DNA of 61,871 nt from assembly GCA_039917855.1 (NCBI GenBank), contig JBDSIR010000063.1, positions 1-61,871 of the forward strand. The letters run 5' to 3'. Position 1 is the stretch's first letter, and every line of letters starts with the position of its first letter. The notes beneath the pieces are model-generated. The model had not been told where the DNA came from. It worked only from the letters and a program-made list of their open reading frames with translations, and did no database searches. Source of the DNA: Gemmatimonadales bacterium (GTDB lineage: Bacteria > Gemmatimonadota > Gemmatimonadetes > Gemmatimonadales > GWC2-71-9). Of this stretch, positions 18,468 through 27,649 are shown one piece after another. The translations under genes were made by a program, and so were the position numbers.

Positions 18468-19943
18468 ATGAACACCCTGCGCGACAAACTCGCCTTCTGG
18501 TACGCCATCGCCCTCGCGGTCGCGATCTTCGCGCTTGGCGCCGGGCTCTATTTCGACCGGAAGCAGTCGATCCCCGCCGAGCTCGACAAGCGGCTGGTCG
18601 AGGAGCTGAGCTTCGCGCGGAACTGGCTCACGGAGTCCCAGCGGATCCTCGGGCGGGTCACCTCGCGGGGCGCCATCTCGAGCGATTCACTGCCGACGCT
18701 CTCGAGCGACGTCTCGGCGTATTTCGAGGGCTTCCGCGACTACCTCGTGGTGGCGGGACGGAACGACCGGATCTTGTATGCCTCCGAGGCGGTGCGGGCG
18801 CTCAGCTCGAGCGAGCTCGACGTACTGACCTCCCCGCTCCGGGCCCATCCCGGGAACGAGACGGGCAGCTCGATCTCGATCGGCAGGAGCCGGCAGGGGA
18901 TGCGCTACCGTGTCGCACCGATCACCGATGCCGGCGGTGAGGTCACCGCGATCCTCGTGGCCACCGAGGCAGACAACGTCGAATACGGTCCCGACGACCT
19001 CCTCAGTTCGCTGCTGGTGCTCGGGCCCCTCTTCCTGGTCCTCGCCAGCGGGCTGGGGTGGCTGCTCGCGGGCCGCGCGCTCCAGCCGCTCGAACCAATG
19101 CTCGACGAGATCGAGGCGATCACCGGCGGTACCGACCTCCATCGCCGCCTCGCCGTCCCGTTCTCGCAGGACGAGTTGCACCGGCTGGCCGTCTCGACCA
19201 ACAACATGCTCGAGCGGCTGGAAACGAGCTTCGGCTCCCTGCGCCAGTTCACCGCCGACGCGAGCCACGAGCTCAAGACCCCGCTCCAGGTGCTCCGCGC
19301 GGGGATCGAGCGAGCGCTCAAACACCAGAGTCTCCCCGCCGAGGCCATCGAGGGACTGGATGAGGCGCTGGGTCAGGTGAGTCAGATGGGTGAGATGGTC
19401 GAGAGCCTGCTCACGCTGGCGCGCGCCGACGAGGGCAAGGTCGAGCTCGCCGTGGAGCGCACCGACCTGCAGGCGCTGGTCCAGGAAGTGAGCGAGACCG
19501 CGCATATCCTGGCCGAACAGAAGGGGATCAAGATGCTCACCCGCATCACCGGCCCCGACCTCTACCTGGACATGGACAAGGGACGCATCCGGCAGATGCT
19601 CATGAACCTCGTGACCAACGCCATCAAGTACACCCCCACCGGGGGCGAGGTGAAGTTCGACCTGGTGGGCCGCGACCACGACGTCGTCTTCGAGGTGCGC
19701 GACAGCGGGATCGGGATCTCGCCCGAGGACCTGCCGCGGATCTTCGACCGCTTCTGGCGCGGCGACGTGGCACGCACCCGTACCGGGGAGCGTGCCGGCG
19801 CCGGGCTCGGCCTCGCCATCACCAAATGGACGGCGGAGGCCCATGGCGGGCGGATCGAGGCGACCAGCAAACAGGGGCGCGGTTCGAGCTTCGTGGTGAC
19901 CATCCCGCGCAAGCGCGACGGTGAGGCCCCCGCAGCGGGCTGA
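18468..19943 (+). CDS. HAMP-domain sensor histidine kinase (CusS-like)
   Basis: Two TMs, HAMP, ADASHELKTPL, NAIKYT, DSGIGI, GAGLGLAI. Confidence 0.93.
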   Translation: MNTLRDKLAFWYAIALAVAIFALGAGLYFDRKQSIPAELDKRLVEELSFARNWLTESQRILGRVTSRGAISSDSLPTLSSDVSAYFEGFRDYLVVAGRNDRILYASEAVRALSSSELDVLTSPLRAHPGNETGSSISIGRSRQGMRYRVAPITDAGGEVTAILVATEADNVEYGPDDLLSSLLVLGPLFLVLASGLGWLLAGRALQPLEPMLDEIEAITGGTDLHRRLAVPFSQDELHRLAVSTNNMLERLETSFGSLRQFTADASHELKTPLQVLRAGIERALKHQSLPAEAIEGLDEALGQVSQMGEMVESLLTLARADEGKVELAVERTDLQALVQEVSETAHILAEQKGIKMLTRITGPDLYLDMDKGRIRQMLMNLVTNAIKYTPTGGEVKFDLVGRDHDVVFEVRDSGIGISPEDLPRIFDRFWRGDVARTRTGERAGAGLGLAITKWTAEAHGGRIEATSKQGRGSSFVVTIPRKRDGEAPAAG

Positions 19944-19973
19944 CCGGAGCCTCGTGGGCCGGCGGTTCCCGGA

Positions 19974-20001
19974 TATCACGGTATTGTAATCATTCTGTAA
20001 T
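19974..20001 (+). promoter_or_regulatory. Candidate OmpR/PhoB-type direct-repeat operator (TATCAC-N5-TGTAAT-N5-TGTAAT)
   Basis: Hexamers at 19974, 19985 and 19996 with 11-bp period, upstream of the tonB operon. Confidence 0.55.
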
Positions 20002-20073
20002 GCGGTCTGGGGGGTATTGAGACGCGGGGGCACTAGCCTTCACCCATCGCACCGTAACCAGCAGGAGGCGCGG

Positions 20074-20769
20074 GTGTTCGACAACCTGATCGAATCCAGG
20101 CCGAAGAAGAAGAAGACGGGCAATCAGATGCTCGCATCGGTCGTGCTCCACGTGATCATCGTGGGCGCGTTGGTGTGGGTCACGCAGGGCGCCGCCGAGA
20201 CCGTGAAGCGGATCTTGGAGGATACCACCGCGATCTTCCTCGAGGTCCCCAAGGACACGCCCCCGCCGGTGGATCAGCCGCCGCCGGAAGCGATCGTGAA
20301 CGCCAATCCGCCACCGCAGGGGTTCCAGACGGTATTGCCGCCGGACGTGATCCCGCAGGAGATCCCGCCGGTGGATCTCAGTCAGCGTTTCAATGCCAAG
20401 GACTTCACCGGCAAGGGTGTCGAAGGCGGCATCGCGGCGGGGCTCGTGGGGGGCACCGGGCCGGTGGACAACGCCCAGATCTTCCTCGAGGCCCAGCTCG
20501 ACGATCCGCCGTCGGTCCTGAGCCCCGGACCGAACCGGTATCCAGAGGTGCTCCGTGCCGCCGGCATCACCGGCCGGGTGACCCTCGAGTTTGTGGTGGA
20601 CACCACGGGCCACGTGGATCAGGGCACCATCAGGATCATCAATACGGCCCATCCTGGATTCAACAACGCTGCGAAGGAGATGGTATCGAAGACCATCTTC
20701 CGTCCCGGCAAGTTGCGCGGCCAGGCCGTTGCCGTGATGGTCCGCCAGGCCGTCAACTTCACGCCCTGA
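20074..20769 (+). CDS. tonB: TonB-family energy transducer
   Basis: AGGAGG RBS then GTG; single TM with SVVLH; Pro-rich linker; YPEVLRAAGITGRVTLEFVVD TonB_C. Confidence 0.88.
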   Translation: MFDNLIESRPKKKKTGNQMLASVVLHVIIVGALVWVTQGAAETVKRILEDTTAIFLEVPKDTPPPVDQPPPEAIVNANPPPQGFQTVLPPDVIPQEIPPVDLSQRFNAKDFTGKGVEGGIAAGLVGGTGPVDNAQIFLEAQLDDPPSVLSPGPNRYPEVLRAAGITGRVTLEFVVDTTGHVDQGTIRIINTAHPGFNNAAKEMVSKTIFRPGKLRGQAVAVMVRQAVNFTP

Positions 20770-20807
20770 AGGGCGCCATAACGTCCTACTAGAGAGGATC
20801 GACCGCA

Positions 20808-21557
20808 ATGAGTCTTGACCTGATGGATATGTGGGTTTCGATGGGCTGGTTCGCCAAGGGCATCGTGGGGCTGCTGTTCCTGATGTCCATCTTCTCCCTG
20901 ACAGTGGCGTTCCAGAAGGTGATGCTGATCCGGAAGAGCCAGGCCGCCACCCGGAAGTTCGCTCCCGAGTTCTCGCGCGCCATTCAGGAAGGCTCGCTGG
21001 AGAACGCCATCCGCCTGGCCGAAAAGAACAAGATCTCGCACGTATCGCGCGTGCTCGGCGAGGCGCTGGCGGAGGTGAAGCCGCTCCTCTCCGACCAGGC
21101 CACCGTCACCGTGGCCGACATCAACTCGGCCGAACGCGCGGTGGAGCGTCAGATGCTCATCGTGCTCGCCGACTACAAGCGCGGCCTCGGCGTCCTCGGC
21201 ACGGTCGGTTCGACGGCGCCGTTCGTCGGCCTCCTCGGGACCACGATGGGCATCGTGAACGCCTTCCAGGGCATGTCGGCCGGCGGCGCCTCGGGCGGCC
21301 TGGCGGGCATCTCGGCGGGTATCTCCGAGGCCTTGATCACCACCGCGTTCGGCCTCATCGTCGCGATCCCGGCGGTGTGGTTCTACAACTACTTCACCAC
21401 CAAGATCGAGAATCTCACCATCGAGATGACCGTGAGCTCCAAGGAGCTCATCGATTACCTCATCAAGAGCGTGGGGAACGAGTTCGGGCGCTCGATCTTC
21501 ACCAAGGAGTTCCAGGCCCAGAAGGCGGTGAGCGGCAGTGGCCATATCCACGGCTGA
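20808..21557 (+). CDS. exbB: MotA/TolQ/ExbB proton channel
   Basis: LGTVGSTAPFVGLLGT, GISEALITTAFGL.VAIPA. Confidence 0.92.
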   Translation: MSLDLMDMWVSMGWFAKGIVGLLFLMSIFSLTVAFQKVMLIRKSQAATRKFAPEFSRAIQEGSLENAIRLAEKNKISHVSRVLGEALAEVKPLLSDQATVTVADINSAERAVERQMLIVLADYKRGLGVLGTVGSTAPFVGLLGTTMGIVNAFQGMSAGGASGGLAGISAGISEALITTAFGLIVAIPAVWFYNYFTTKIENLTIEMTVSSKELIDYLIKSVGNEFGRSIFTKEFQAQKAVSGSGHIHG

Positions 21558-21984
21558 AGCATCGCACGCCAAGGTCAACGCGGACATCAACGTCACGCCG
21601 ATGATCGACGTGATGCTGGTGCTCCTGATCATCTTCATGATCGTGACGCCGCTCCTCGCCGCTGGCTTCCACGCCCAGATGCCGAGCGGGAACCACCTCG
21701 ACAAGGATGCCGAGAAGGAGGGCGAGGTCGTCCTGGGCATCAACGACGTGGGGGACTACTTCCTCAACGGCCGATCCATCGCCCTGGAGGAGCTCGAGCC
21801 CCAGCTCCAGGCGATCTACGCGGCGCGGACCGAGGACAAGGTGCTGTATTTCAAGGCGGACGTGAACGTGAAGTTCGCCAAGATCCAGGAGGCGGTCGAG
21901 ATCGCCCGTCGTTGCGGGGTCCGCGTCCTGGCGGCCGTGACCGAACAGCGGGGCGGCATGTTGGCCGCCGCCCAGGAGAACTGA
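21538..21984 (+). CDS. exbD: ExbD/TolR protein
   Basis: INVTPMIDVMLVLLIIFMI; KAD motif. Confidence 0.92.
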   Translation: MAISTAEASHAKVNADINVTPMIDVMLVLLIIFMIVTPLLAAGFHAQMPSGNHLDKDAEKEGEVVLGINDVGDYFLNGRSIALEELEPQLQAIYAARTEDKVLYFKADVNVKFAKIQEAVEIARRCGVRVLAAVTEQRGGMLAAAQEN

Positions 21985-21985
21985 C

Positions 21986-22408
21986 ATGTCCATGACCGCA
22001 GGGAGCAGCGGGGGACTGAACTCCGACATCAACGTCACCCCGATGATCGATGTGCTGCTGGTGCTGCTGATCATCTTCATGATCATCCAGCCGCTCAATC
22101 GGCAGACCATCCCGATCCAGGTGCCCCCGCCGCAGACCGCCGACAAGCCGGTGGGACCGCAGGACCAGATCGTGCTCGAGATCCGGGACGACGGGACGTA
22201 CGCCGTGAACGGGCAACTGGTCCCCAAGGATCAGCTGGACGCCAGTTTCCATTCGATCTACGACTATCGTCCGGTGAAGCTGCTGTTCGTGAAGCCGGGG
22301 CTGACCCGCATCTATCAGGACGTCATCGAAGCGATGGACATCGCCCGCGGGGCCGGGGTGCTGGTCATCGGTTTCACCCCCGCCGACCTCGCGGCGGAGG
22401 GCAGCTGA
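21986..22408 (+). CDS. exbD: Second ExbD/TolR protein
   Basis: INVTPMIDVLLVLLIIFMI. Confidence 0.9.
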   Translation: MSMTAGSSGGLNSDINVTPMIDVLLVLLIIFMIIQPLNRQTIPIQVPPPQTADKPVGPQDQIVLEIRDDGTYAVNGQLVPKDQLDASFHSIYDYRPVKLLFVKPGLTRIYQDVIEAMDIARGAGVLVIGFTPADLAAEGS

Positions 22409-22432
22409 ACCCCACGTCCATCCGGTACTTCC

Positions 22433-22463
22433 TCGCAGGGGCGCGACCGTAGCGCCCCTGCGA
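22433..22463 (+). terminator. Hairpin (terminator or REP-like) after exbD
   Basis: tcgcaggggcgc-gaccgta-gcgcccctgcga. Confidence 0.55.
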
Positions 22464-22518
22464 CGTTTCTGGAGGTCGGGTGTAACTTTCGGCCACTTGG
22501 CGCGTCACCTAGAGCAAC

Positions 22519-23247
22519 GTGCGCACACCCGTCCTTCCCACCTTCCTGCCGCCTCCGCGTCGCCGCTCGATCAGCGGGCTTTCGGCGTCCGCGGTCCTGC
22601 ACGTCCTGCTCCTCTTCCTCATCCTCTCCCCCTGGCTCCGGCGGTATCACATCTTCAGCGCCGACGGGTCGGATCTGGCGGGCACCGGGGGTGGAGGCGG
22701 AGGCGCACGGTATATTTCGTTGCCAGCGCTCCGGCCCCCGCCGGCAGCCGCGCGGGCCGTGGCCGTCGAGACTCCGGTCGTGAATGCGCCTGTGACCGTT
22801 CCGACCGAGCTCCCCCCGCCAACCCCGGCGCCTGACTCGGTGCCCAAGCCGCAGCCCCCGAGCACTGCGGGCGGGACCGGGACCGCAACTGGTCCGGGGC
22901 AGCGGGGTGGCGCCGGCGGCGGGCAGGGCACCGGCACCGGCGGTGGCGCCGGCCCGGGGACCGGTGGGGGCGAGCGTGGGACCCCGCCTACCCCTCGCCA
23001 GATGCTGTTTCCGCCGCTCGACGGCACCCCCAAGGCACTGCGTGGCAAGAGCGTCATCGTGCGTTTCTTCGTCAACGTCGACGGGCGCGTGGACCGGGTC
23101 GAGACGATCCCGGTGATCCAGGATGGGAAGTTCGGGCGCGAGCTCGAGTCGTTGATGAAGTCGTTCCGTTTTCACCCCGCCCGTGATTCCCTCGGCGCCA
23201 TAGTCGCAGGGATCGCCGTGGGCGAAGTGACCCTCTCCAACCACTGA
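22519..23247 (+). CDS. TonB-like protein with Gly/Pro-rich linker
   Basis: SAVLH TM, PG-rich region, C-terminal VRFFVNVDGRV...FRFHPAR. Confidence 0.7.
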   Translation: MRTPVLPTFLPPPRRRSISGLSASAVLHVLLLFLILSPWLRRYHIFSADGSDLAGTGGGGGGARYISLPALRPPPAAARAVAVETPVVNAPVTVPTELPPPTPAPDSVPKPQPPSTAGGTGTATGPGQRGGAGGGQGTGTGGGAGPGTGGGERGTPPTPRQMLFPPLDGTPKALRGKSVIVRFFVNVDGRVDRVETIPVIQDGKFGRELESLMKSFRFHPARDSLGAIVAGIAVGEVTLSNH

Positions 23248-23258
23248 TACGCCCGCTG

Positions 23259-24803
23259 ATGCGCCAACTCTTCAGCCGCAAGCCGATCGGCGACCTGCTG
23301 CCGGAGGCCGAGCACACCGGCCTCAAACGGTCGCTCAACAAGTGGCACCTCACAGCTCTGGGCGTGGGCGCCACCATCGGGGCGGGCATCTTTGCCACCA
23401 CCGGCACCGCCATCGTGGGCGACGCGCTCCGGCCCGGCGCCGGTCCGGCGATCGTACTCTCGTTCCTGGTCACGGCCGTGGCCTGCGGCTTCGCGGCGCT
23501 CTGCTACGCCGAGTTCGCCGCGATGGTGCCGATCTCCGGGTCGGCGTACACCTACAGCTATGCCGCCCTGGGTGAGCTGGTGGCGTGGATCATCGGATGG
23601 GACCTCATCATCGAGTACGCGGTCGGCAATATCGGCGTCGCCATCGGCTGGGCGGGGCATTTCCGCGAGCTGATGAGCCACCTCGGCGTCTCCATCCCCG
23701 CCTGGCTCGGCACCGACTATCGCTCGGCCTTCAACGCCGTGCGGGCGGTGGCGGACGGCGCTTCCGACCCGGGTACCTCCTACCTCGCCTCGGCGGTGGA
23801 GCTCGCCCCCCGGATCGCGGGGATCCCGATCATCTTCAACCTCCCCGCGTTCCTGGTGGTGATGGTGATCACGGTGGTGCTGGTGCGGGGCGTGCGCGAG
23901 TCGGCCAACGTCAACAACGCGATGGTGATCCTGAAGATCGGGCTCATCCTCTTTTTCATCGCGGTGGGCGTGTTCCTGATCAAGCCCGAGAACTGGACCG
24001 CACACAGCCTGGTGCCGGGGGGCAGCGGCTTCGCTCCCAACGGCTGGAAGGGGATCAGCGCCGGAGCGGCGATCATCTTCTTCAGCTACATCGGCTTCGA
24101 CGCGGTCAGCACCGCCTCCGAGGAGGCCAAGGACCCCGCCAAGGACATGCCGTTCGGCATCATCGCGAGCCTCATCATCTGCACCGTGCTCTATGTGGTG
24201 CTCTCGATCGTGATGACCGGGATGGCCCCCTGGACCCAGCTCGGTACCGCCGAGCCGATGATCACCGCGCTGCAGTTCTCGGGGGGCCCCGCAAAGTTGG
24301 TCGCGATCTCCCGCTTCGTGATCGCGCTCGGAGCGGTCATCGCGATGGGGAGCGTGCTCCTGGTGTTCCAGATGGGCCAGCCGCGCATCTTCTATTCGAT
24401 GGCGCGCGACGGCCTGCTCCCGCCCTTCATCGCCAAGATCCACCCCAAATACCGGACCCCCCACGTCGGTACGATCATCACCGGCCTCTTCGTCGGCACC
24501 TTCGCCGCGGTGGCCAACATCGCCGAAGTGGTGGACCTGACCAACATCGGGACCTTGTTCGCCTTCATTCTCGTCTCGTTCGGCGTGATCATCCTGCGCA
24601 TCAAGGAACCGGAACGGCACCGCCCGTTCAGGGTCTGGGGCTCGCCGTGGACGCCGATGATCTCCATCGCCAGCTGCTCCTACCTGATGTATCAGCTGCC
24701 GGGGATCACCTGGATCCGGTTCGGGATCTGGCTGGCGGCGGGACTGGTGATCTATTTCCTGTACGGGATCAGGCATTCGAAGCTGCGCAAGCCTACGACG
24801 TGA
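23259..24803 (+). CDS. APC-family amino acid permease
   Basis: LGVGATIGAGIF, CYAEFA, GSAYTY, FFSYIGFDAVST, RIFYSMARDGLLP. Confidence 0.95.
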   Translation: MRQLFSRKPIGDLLPEAEHTGLKRSLNKWHLTALGVGATIGAGIFATTGTAIVGDALRPGAGPAIVLSFLVTAVACGFAALCYAEFAAMVPISGSAYTYSYAALGELVAWIIGWDLIIEYAVGNIGVAIGWAGHFRELMSHLGVSIPAWLGTDYRSAFNAVRAVADGASDPGTSYLASAVELAPRIAGIPIIFNLPAFLVVMVITVVLVRGVRESANVNNAMVILKIGLILFFIAVGVFLIKPENWTAHSLVPGGSGFAPNGWKGISAGAAIIFFSYIGFDAVSTASEEAKDPAKDMPFGIIASLIICTVLYVVLSIVMTGMAPWTQLGTAEPMITALQFSGGPAKLVAISRFVIALGAVIAMGSVLLVFQMGQPRIFYSMARDGLLPPFIAKIHPKYRTPHVGTIITGLFVGTFAAVANIAEVVDLTNIGTLFAFILVSFGVIILRIKEPERHRPFRVWGSPWTPMISIASCSYLMYQLPGITWIRFGIWLAAGLVIYFLYGIRHSKLRKPTT

Positions 24804-24951
24804 GCGGTAAGCGGTAAGCGGTGAGCGGGCCGACCGAACGGAGCCGTCCCGAGTGCAACGAGGGACCTACTGGAATGATCCGGTAGGTCCCTCACTGCGT
24901 TCGGGACGGTTCCTGGTTTGCAGAACCCCCCGCTCACCGCTCACCGCTTAC
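24800..24951. repeat. Nested element: heptamer arms (GTRAGCG x4 / CGCTYAC x3) enclosing a REP-like palindrome
   Basis: Outer arms contain the stops of both convergent genes; inner gtcccgagtgcaacgagggacctac...gtaggtccctcactgcgttcgggac. Confidence 0.88.
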
Positions 24952-25847
24952 TTCAGCTTCCGCGCCATCCCCAGCGCCCCGATCGCCCCATCGACATCCG
25001 CTTCGACCACCGCGATCCCTCGCGTCTCCTTGAGCTTCGCGATGATCGCGGGGCGGAGCAGACCATCGGTCGCCAGGAGGCCGCCGGCAAGGGCCACCGA
25101 GTTGGGGCTGCCGCCGCAACGTGGCTGCAGGGCGGTCACCAGGAGGACCAGCTCGCGCACGGCGTAGTCGACGATCCCCTGCGCCACCTGATCGCCGAGC
25201 TGCGCCATCTCGATGACACCAGGGGCGAGTGCCGCGACATCGGCAGGGGTGGCGGTCGTGCCCCAGCTCACGAACTGATCGAAATTGTTGGCCTTCGCGG
25301 CCGCCATCGCGCGGAGGGTGAGTTTCGTGCTTGGTCCCCTTCCGTCGTGGGCGCGGCTCACCGCCCCCATCGCGGCCTTGCCGATCCCGTATCCCGATCC
25401 CTCGTCCCCCATCTGCCAGCCGAAGCCGCCGGTGCGATGCGTCTTCCCCTCGGCATCGCGCCCCAAGGCGATGCTCCCGGTGCCGGCGTTGAGCACGATG
25501 CCGGGGCTCTCCGGGAACGCGGCGACCAGCGCGATCTCGATATCCGTGGTCACCTGGACCCGCTCGGCCACCTGCTCGTTCAGCAGGGCGGCGAGGACCT
25601 CGTTCCGTTCGGGGTCGCGACCGGCGCCGGCGGCACCCACGACCATCGCCTCGGCGGTGAGTTCACCCGCGGATGCGAGCGCCTTCCGGGACACGTCGGC
25701 GATGGTGTTGGCGGAGGTCAGGGCCCGGCCGGGGCGCACGGCCGCACCGGGGCCGTGGGCGCGTCCGAGGATCTCGGTCGCGTTCCCCACCACCGCGGTG
25801 GTGCGGGTGCCGCCGACGTTCACGCCCACGAAGATGCCGTTCATCAC
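24948..25847 (-). CDS. BadF/BadG/BcrA/BcrD family ATPase, likely GlcNAc/MurNAc kinase
   Basis: GGTRT, AGAGR, TDIEIAL, AGTGSIALG, GG.GW.MGDEGSG, LAGGL. Confidence 0.88.
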   Translation of the reverse strand: MMNGIFVGVNVGGTRTTAVVGNATEILGRAHGPGAAVRPGRALTSANTIADVSRKALASAGELTAEAMVVGAAGAGRDPERNEVLAALLNEQVAERVQVTTDIEIALVAAFPESPGIVLNAGTGSIALGRDAEGKTHRTGGFGWQMGDEGSGYGIGKAAMGAVSRAHDGRGPSTKLTLRAMAAAKANNFDQFVSWGTTATPADVAALAPGVIEMAQLGDQVAQGIVDYAVRELVLLVTALQPRCGGSPNSVALAGGLLATDGLLRPAIIAKLKETRGIAVVEADVDGAIGALGMARKLK

Positions 25848-27409
25848 GCCGTCCGGGAGGGGGTTGGGGTCCGGGGAAAATAGCTCAAGATGATGCCGCT
25901 GAGCAGGGCCAGCGCAGTGCCCAGGGGGACGTACCAGGGCCAGGCGAGCCGCCCGACCGGCGCGAGCCAGTCAAGGGACAGCGATTCGGCGAGCACCTTG
26001 GCGAAGACCACCACCAGCATGACCGCGGTGGTGGTCGCGATCGCGCCGATCACGTCGCGTCCGGTGGCGCGCGGCCACCGACCGGCCAGGATGTAGGCCC
26101 CCAGCAGCCCGCCATACGTCACCGACGCGATCGACAGCGCCAACACCACGATCGGCGTGCCGCTCCGCGAGAAGAAATGGAAAGCGAGCGAGCCGCCGAT
26201 GAGCGCCAGGCCCCAGAAAATGGTGAATCCGCGGCCGATCTTGAAGAGGTGGTCCTGATCGGACTTGCCGGTCCAGGTGGCGTACAGGTCGTACGTGGTC
26301 GACGAGGCCAGGGCGCTGATCGCGGAGCTGTGCGAGCACATCGACGCCGCCAGGATCCCGGCCACGAGGAGACCCGTGAGCCCGACGGGGAAGTGCTGGA
26401 TCACGAACCGCGGGAAGATCTCGTCCGAGATGACTCCTTCGGGCGCGGCCCCCGCGGTCCAGATGGCCACGCCGACCGCCAGGAAGAGGGTGAACTGAAC
26501 GAAGACCGCGAATCCCGAACCCACCAGCGCGATCCGGCCATCCTTGAGCGAGCGGGTGGCCAGAAGGCGCTGCACGATCAGGTGATCGGTGCCGTGGCTC
26601 GCCGCCGAGAGGAGCGCCCCGCCGAGGAGGCCCGCCAGGAGGGTGTAAGGCGCGGTGAACGAAAGCTCGGGGCGGATGAGGCGCAGCTTCCCCGCCGCGC
26701 TCGCCGCGTCCCAGGCGGCCGACCATCCTCCCGCGAGCTGGACCGCGATGACCAGCGCGGTGACACCGCCCGTGACGTAGACCACGAGCTGGACCACGTC
26801 GGTCCACACCACCGCCTTGAGTCCGCCGTGCCAGGTGTAGACGACGGTAACGAGGCCGAGCACCATGATGGTCAGCGGGATATTCCAGCCGGTGAGGAGC
26901 GCCATCGGGATCGCACCCGCGAAGACCCGCACCGCGTCGCCCAGGAACCGGGTCACGATGAAGACGGCGGCGGCGAGTCGGCGGGTATGGGGGCCGAAGC
27001 GCGACTCGAGCCGCGCGTAGGCGGTCTCCTGGGTGTGCGCGAAATAGCCCGGCAGGAGCCATGCGGCCACCGCGATACGCCCCACGATGTACCCCATCAC
27101 CACCTGCAGGAAAGTGAGGTCGGTGCGGGCACCGAGCCCGGGGATCGAGACGACCGTGAGCGCCGAGGTCTCGGTGGCGACGATGGAGAGGAGCACCGCG
27201 AAGGCGGGGAGGTCGCGGGCACCGAGGAAGTAGTCGCCCGAGCTCTTCTGCGAACGTGCGGCCCAGGCCCCGATACCGAGGGTCAGAGCGACATAGACGA
27301 CGACGATCGCGAGGTCGAGGCTGTGCAGGGTGGTGTCCCGGGGGAGGATGCTGAAAAGTAAGAGGTGAGGGGTGAGGGGTAAGGGGTGAGGGGGCAGGGA
27401 AGCAGGCAT
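25844..27409 (-). CDS. Sodium:solute symporter (likely amino-sugar uptake); true start uncertain, possibly CTG 27328
   Basis: DYFLGAR, SIVATETSALT, GGLKAVVWTD, SHGTDHLIVQRLLA. Confidence 0.9.
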   Translation of the reverse strand: MPASLPPHPLPLTPHLLLFSILPRDTTLHSLDLAIVVVYVALTLGIGAWAARSQKSSGDYFLGARDLPAFAVLLSIVATETSALTVVSIPGLGARTDLTFLQVVMGYIVGRIAVAAWLLPGYFAHTQETAYARLESRFGPHTRRLAAAVFIVTRFLGDAVRVFAGAIPMALLTGWNIPLTIMVLGLVTVVYTWHGGLKAVVWTDVVQLVVYVTGGVTALVIAVQLAGGWSAAWDAASAAGKLRLIRPELSFTAPYTLLAGLLGGALLSAASHGTDHLIVQRLLATRSLKDGRIALVGSGFAVFVQFTLFLAVGVAIWTAGAAPEGVISDEIFPRFVIQHFPVGLTGLLVAGILAASMCSHSSAISALASSTTYDLYATWTGKSDQDHLFKIGRGFTIFWGLALIGGSLAFHFFSRSGTPIVVLALSIASVTYGGLLGAYILAGRWPRATGRDVIGAIATTTAVMLVVVFAKVLAESLSLDWLAPVGRLAWPWYVPLGTALALLSGIILSYFPRTPTPSRTA

Positions 27410-27649
27410 CACTGCTGGGAGAGTTTCGGTTTCAACTGGGAGGAACGAAGCAACGGATCAACGAATTGAAATGATGTGGTCGCCTGATCGGGATCGCGAC
27501 TACACACCACCAAAGTCGTTCTCCGTGCCTTCGTTGCTTCGTCTCTCCCGGTTGAGGCCAAGCCTGTCATCCATTGGGGTGCTGACCAACAAAAAAGGGG
27601 CCCCACTTGGGACCCCCTTACCCCATACCCCTCACCCCTCACCGCTCAC
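27358..27649. repeat. Nested element: outer heptamer arms (GTGAGGG x5 / CCCTCAC x5) enclosing an octamer-armed hairpin (27432-27555)
   Basis: Direct reading; stop of the A-type carrier gene lies in the right arm. Confidence 0.8.
27591..27618 (-). terminator. Rho-independent terminator downstream of the A-type carrier gene
   Basis: Minus strand AGGGGGTCCCAAGTGGGGCCCC-TTTTTT. Confidence 0.7.

Noticed and set aside
22860-22980. Gly-rich repeat in the TonB-like protein as part of the repeat family
   Set aside because: Codon-periodic protein low complexity (GTG/GAG), not a 7- or 8-nt period.
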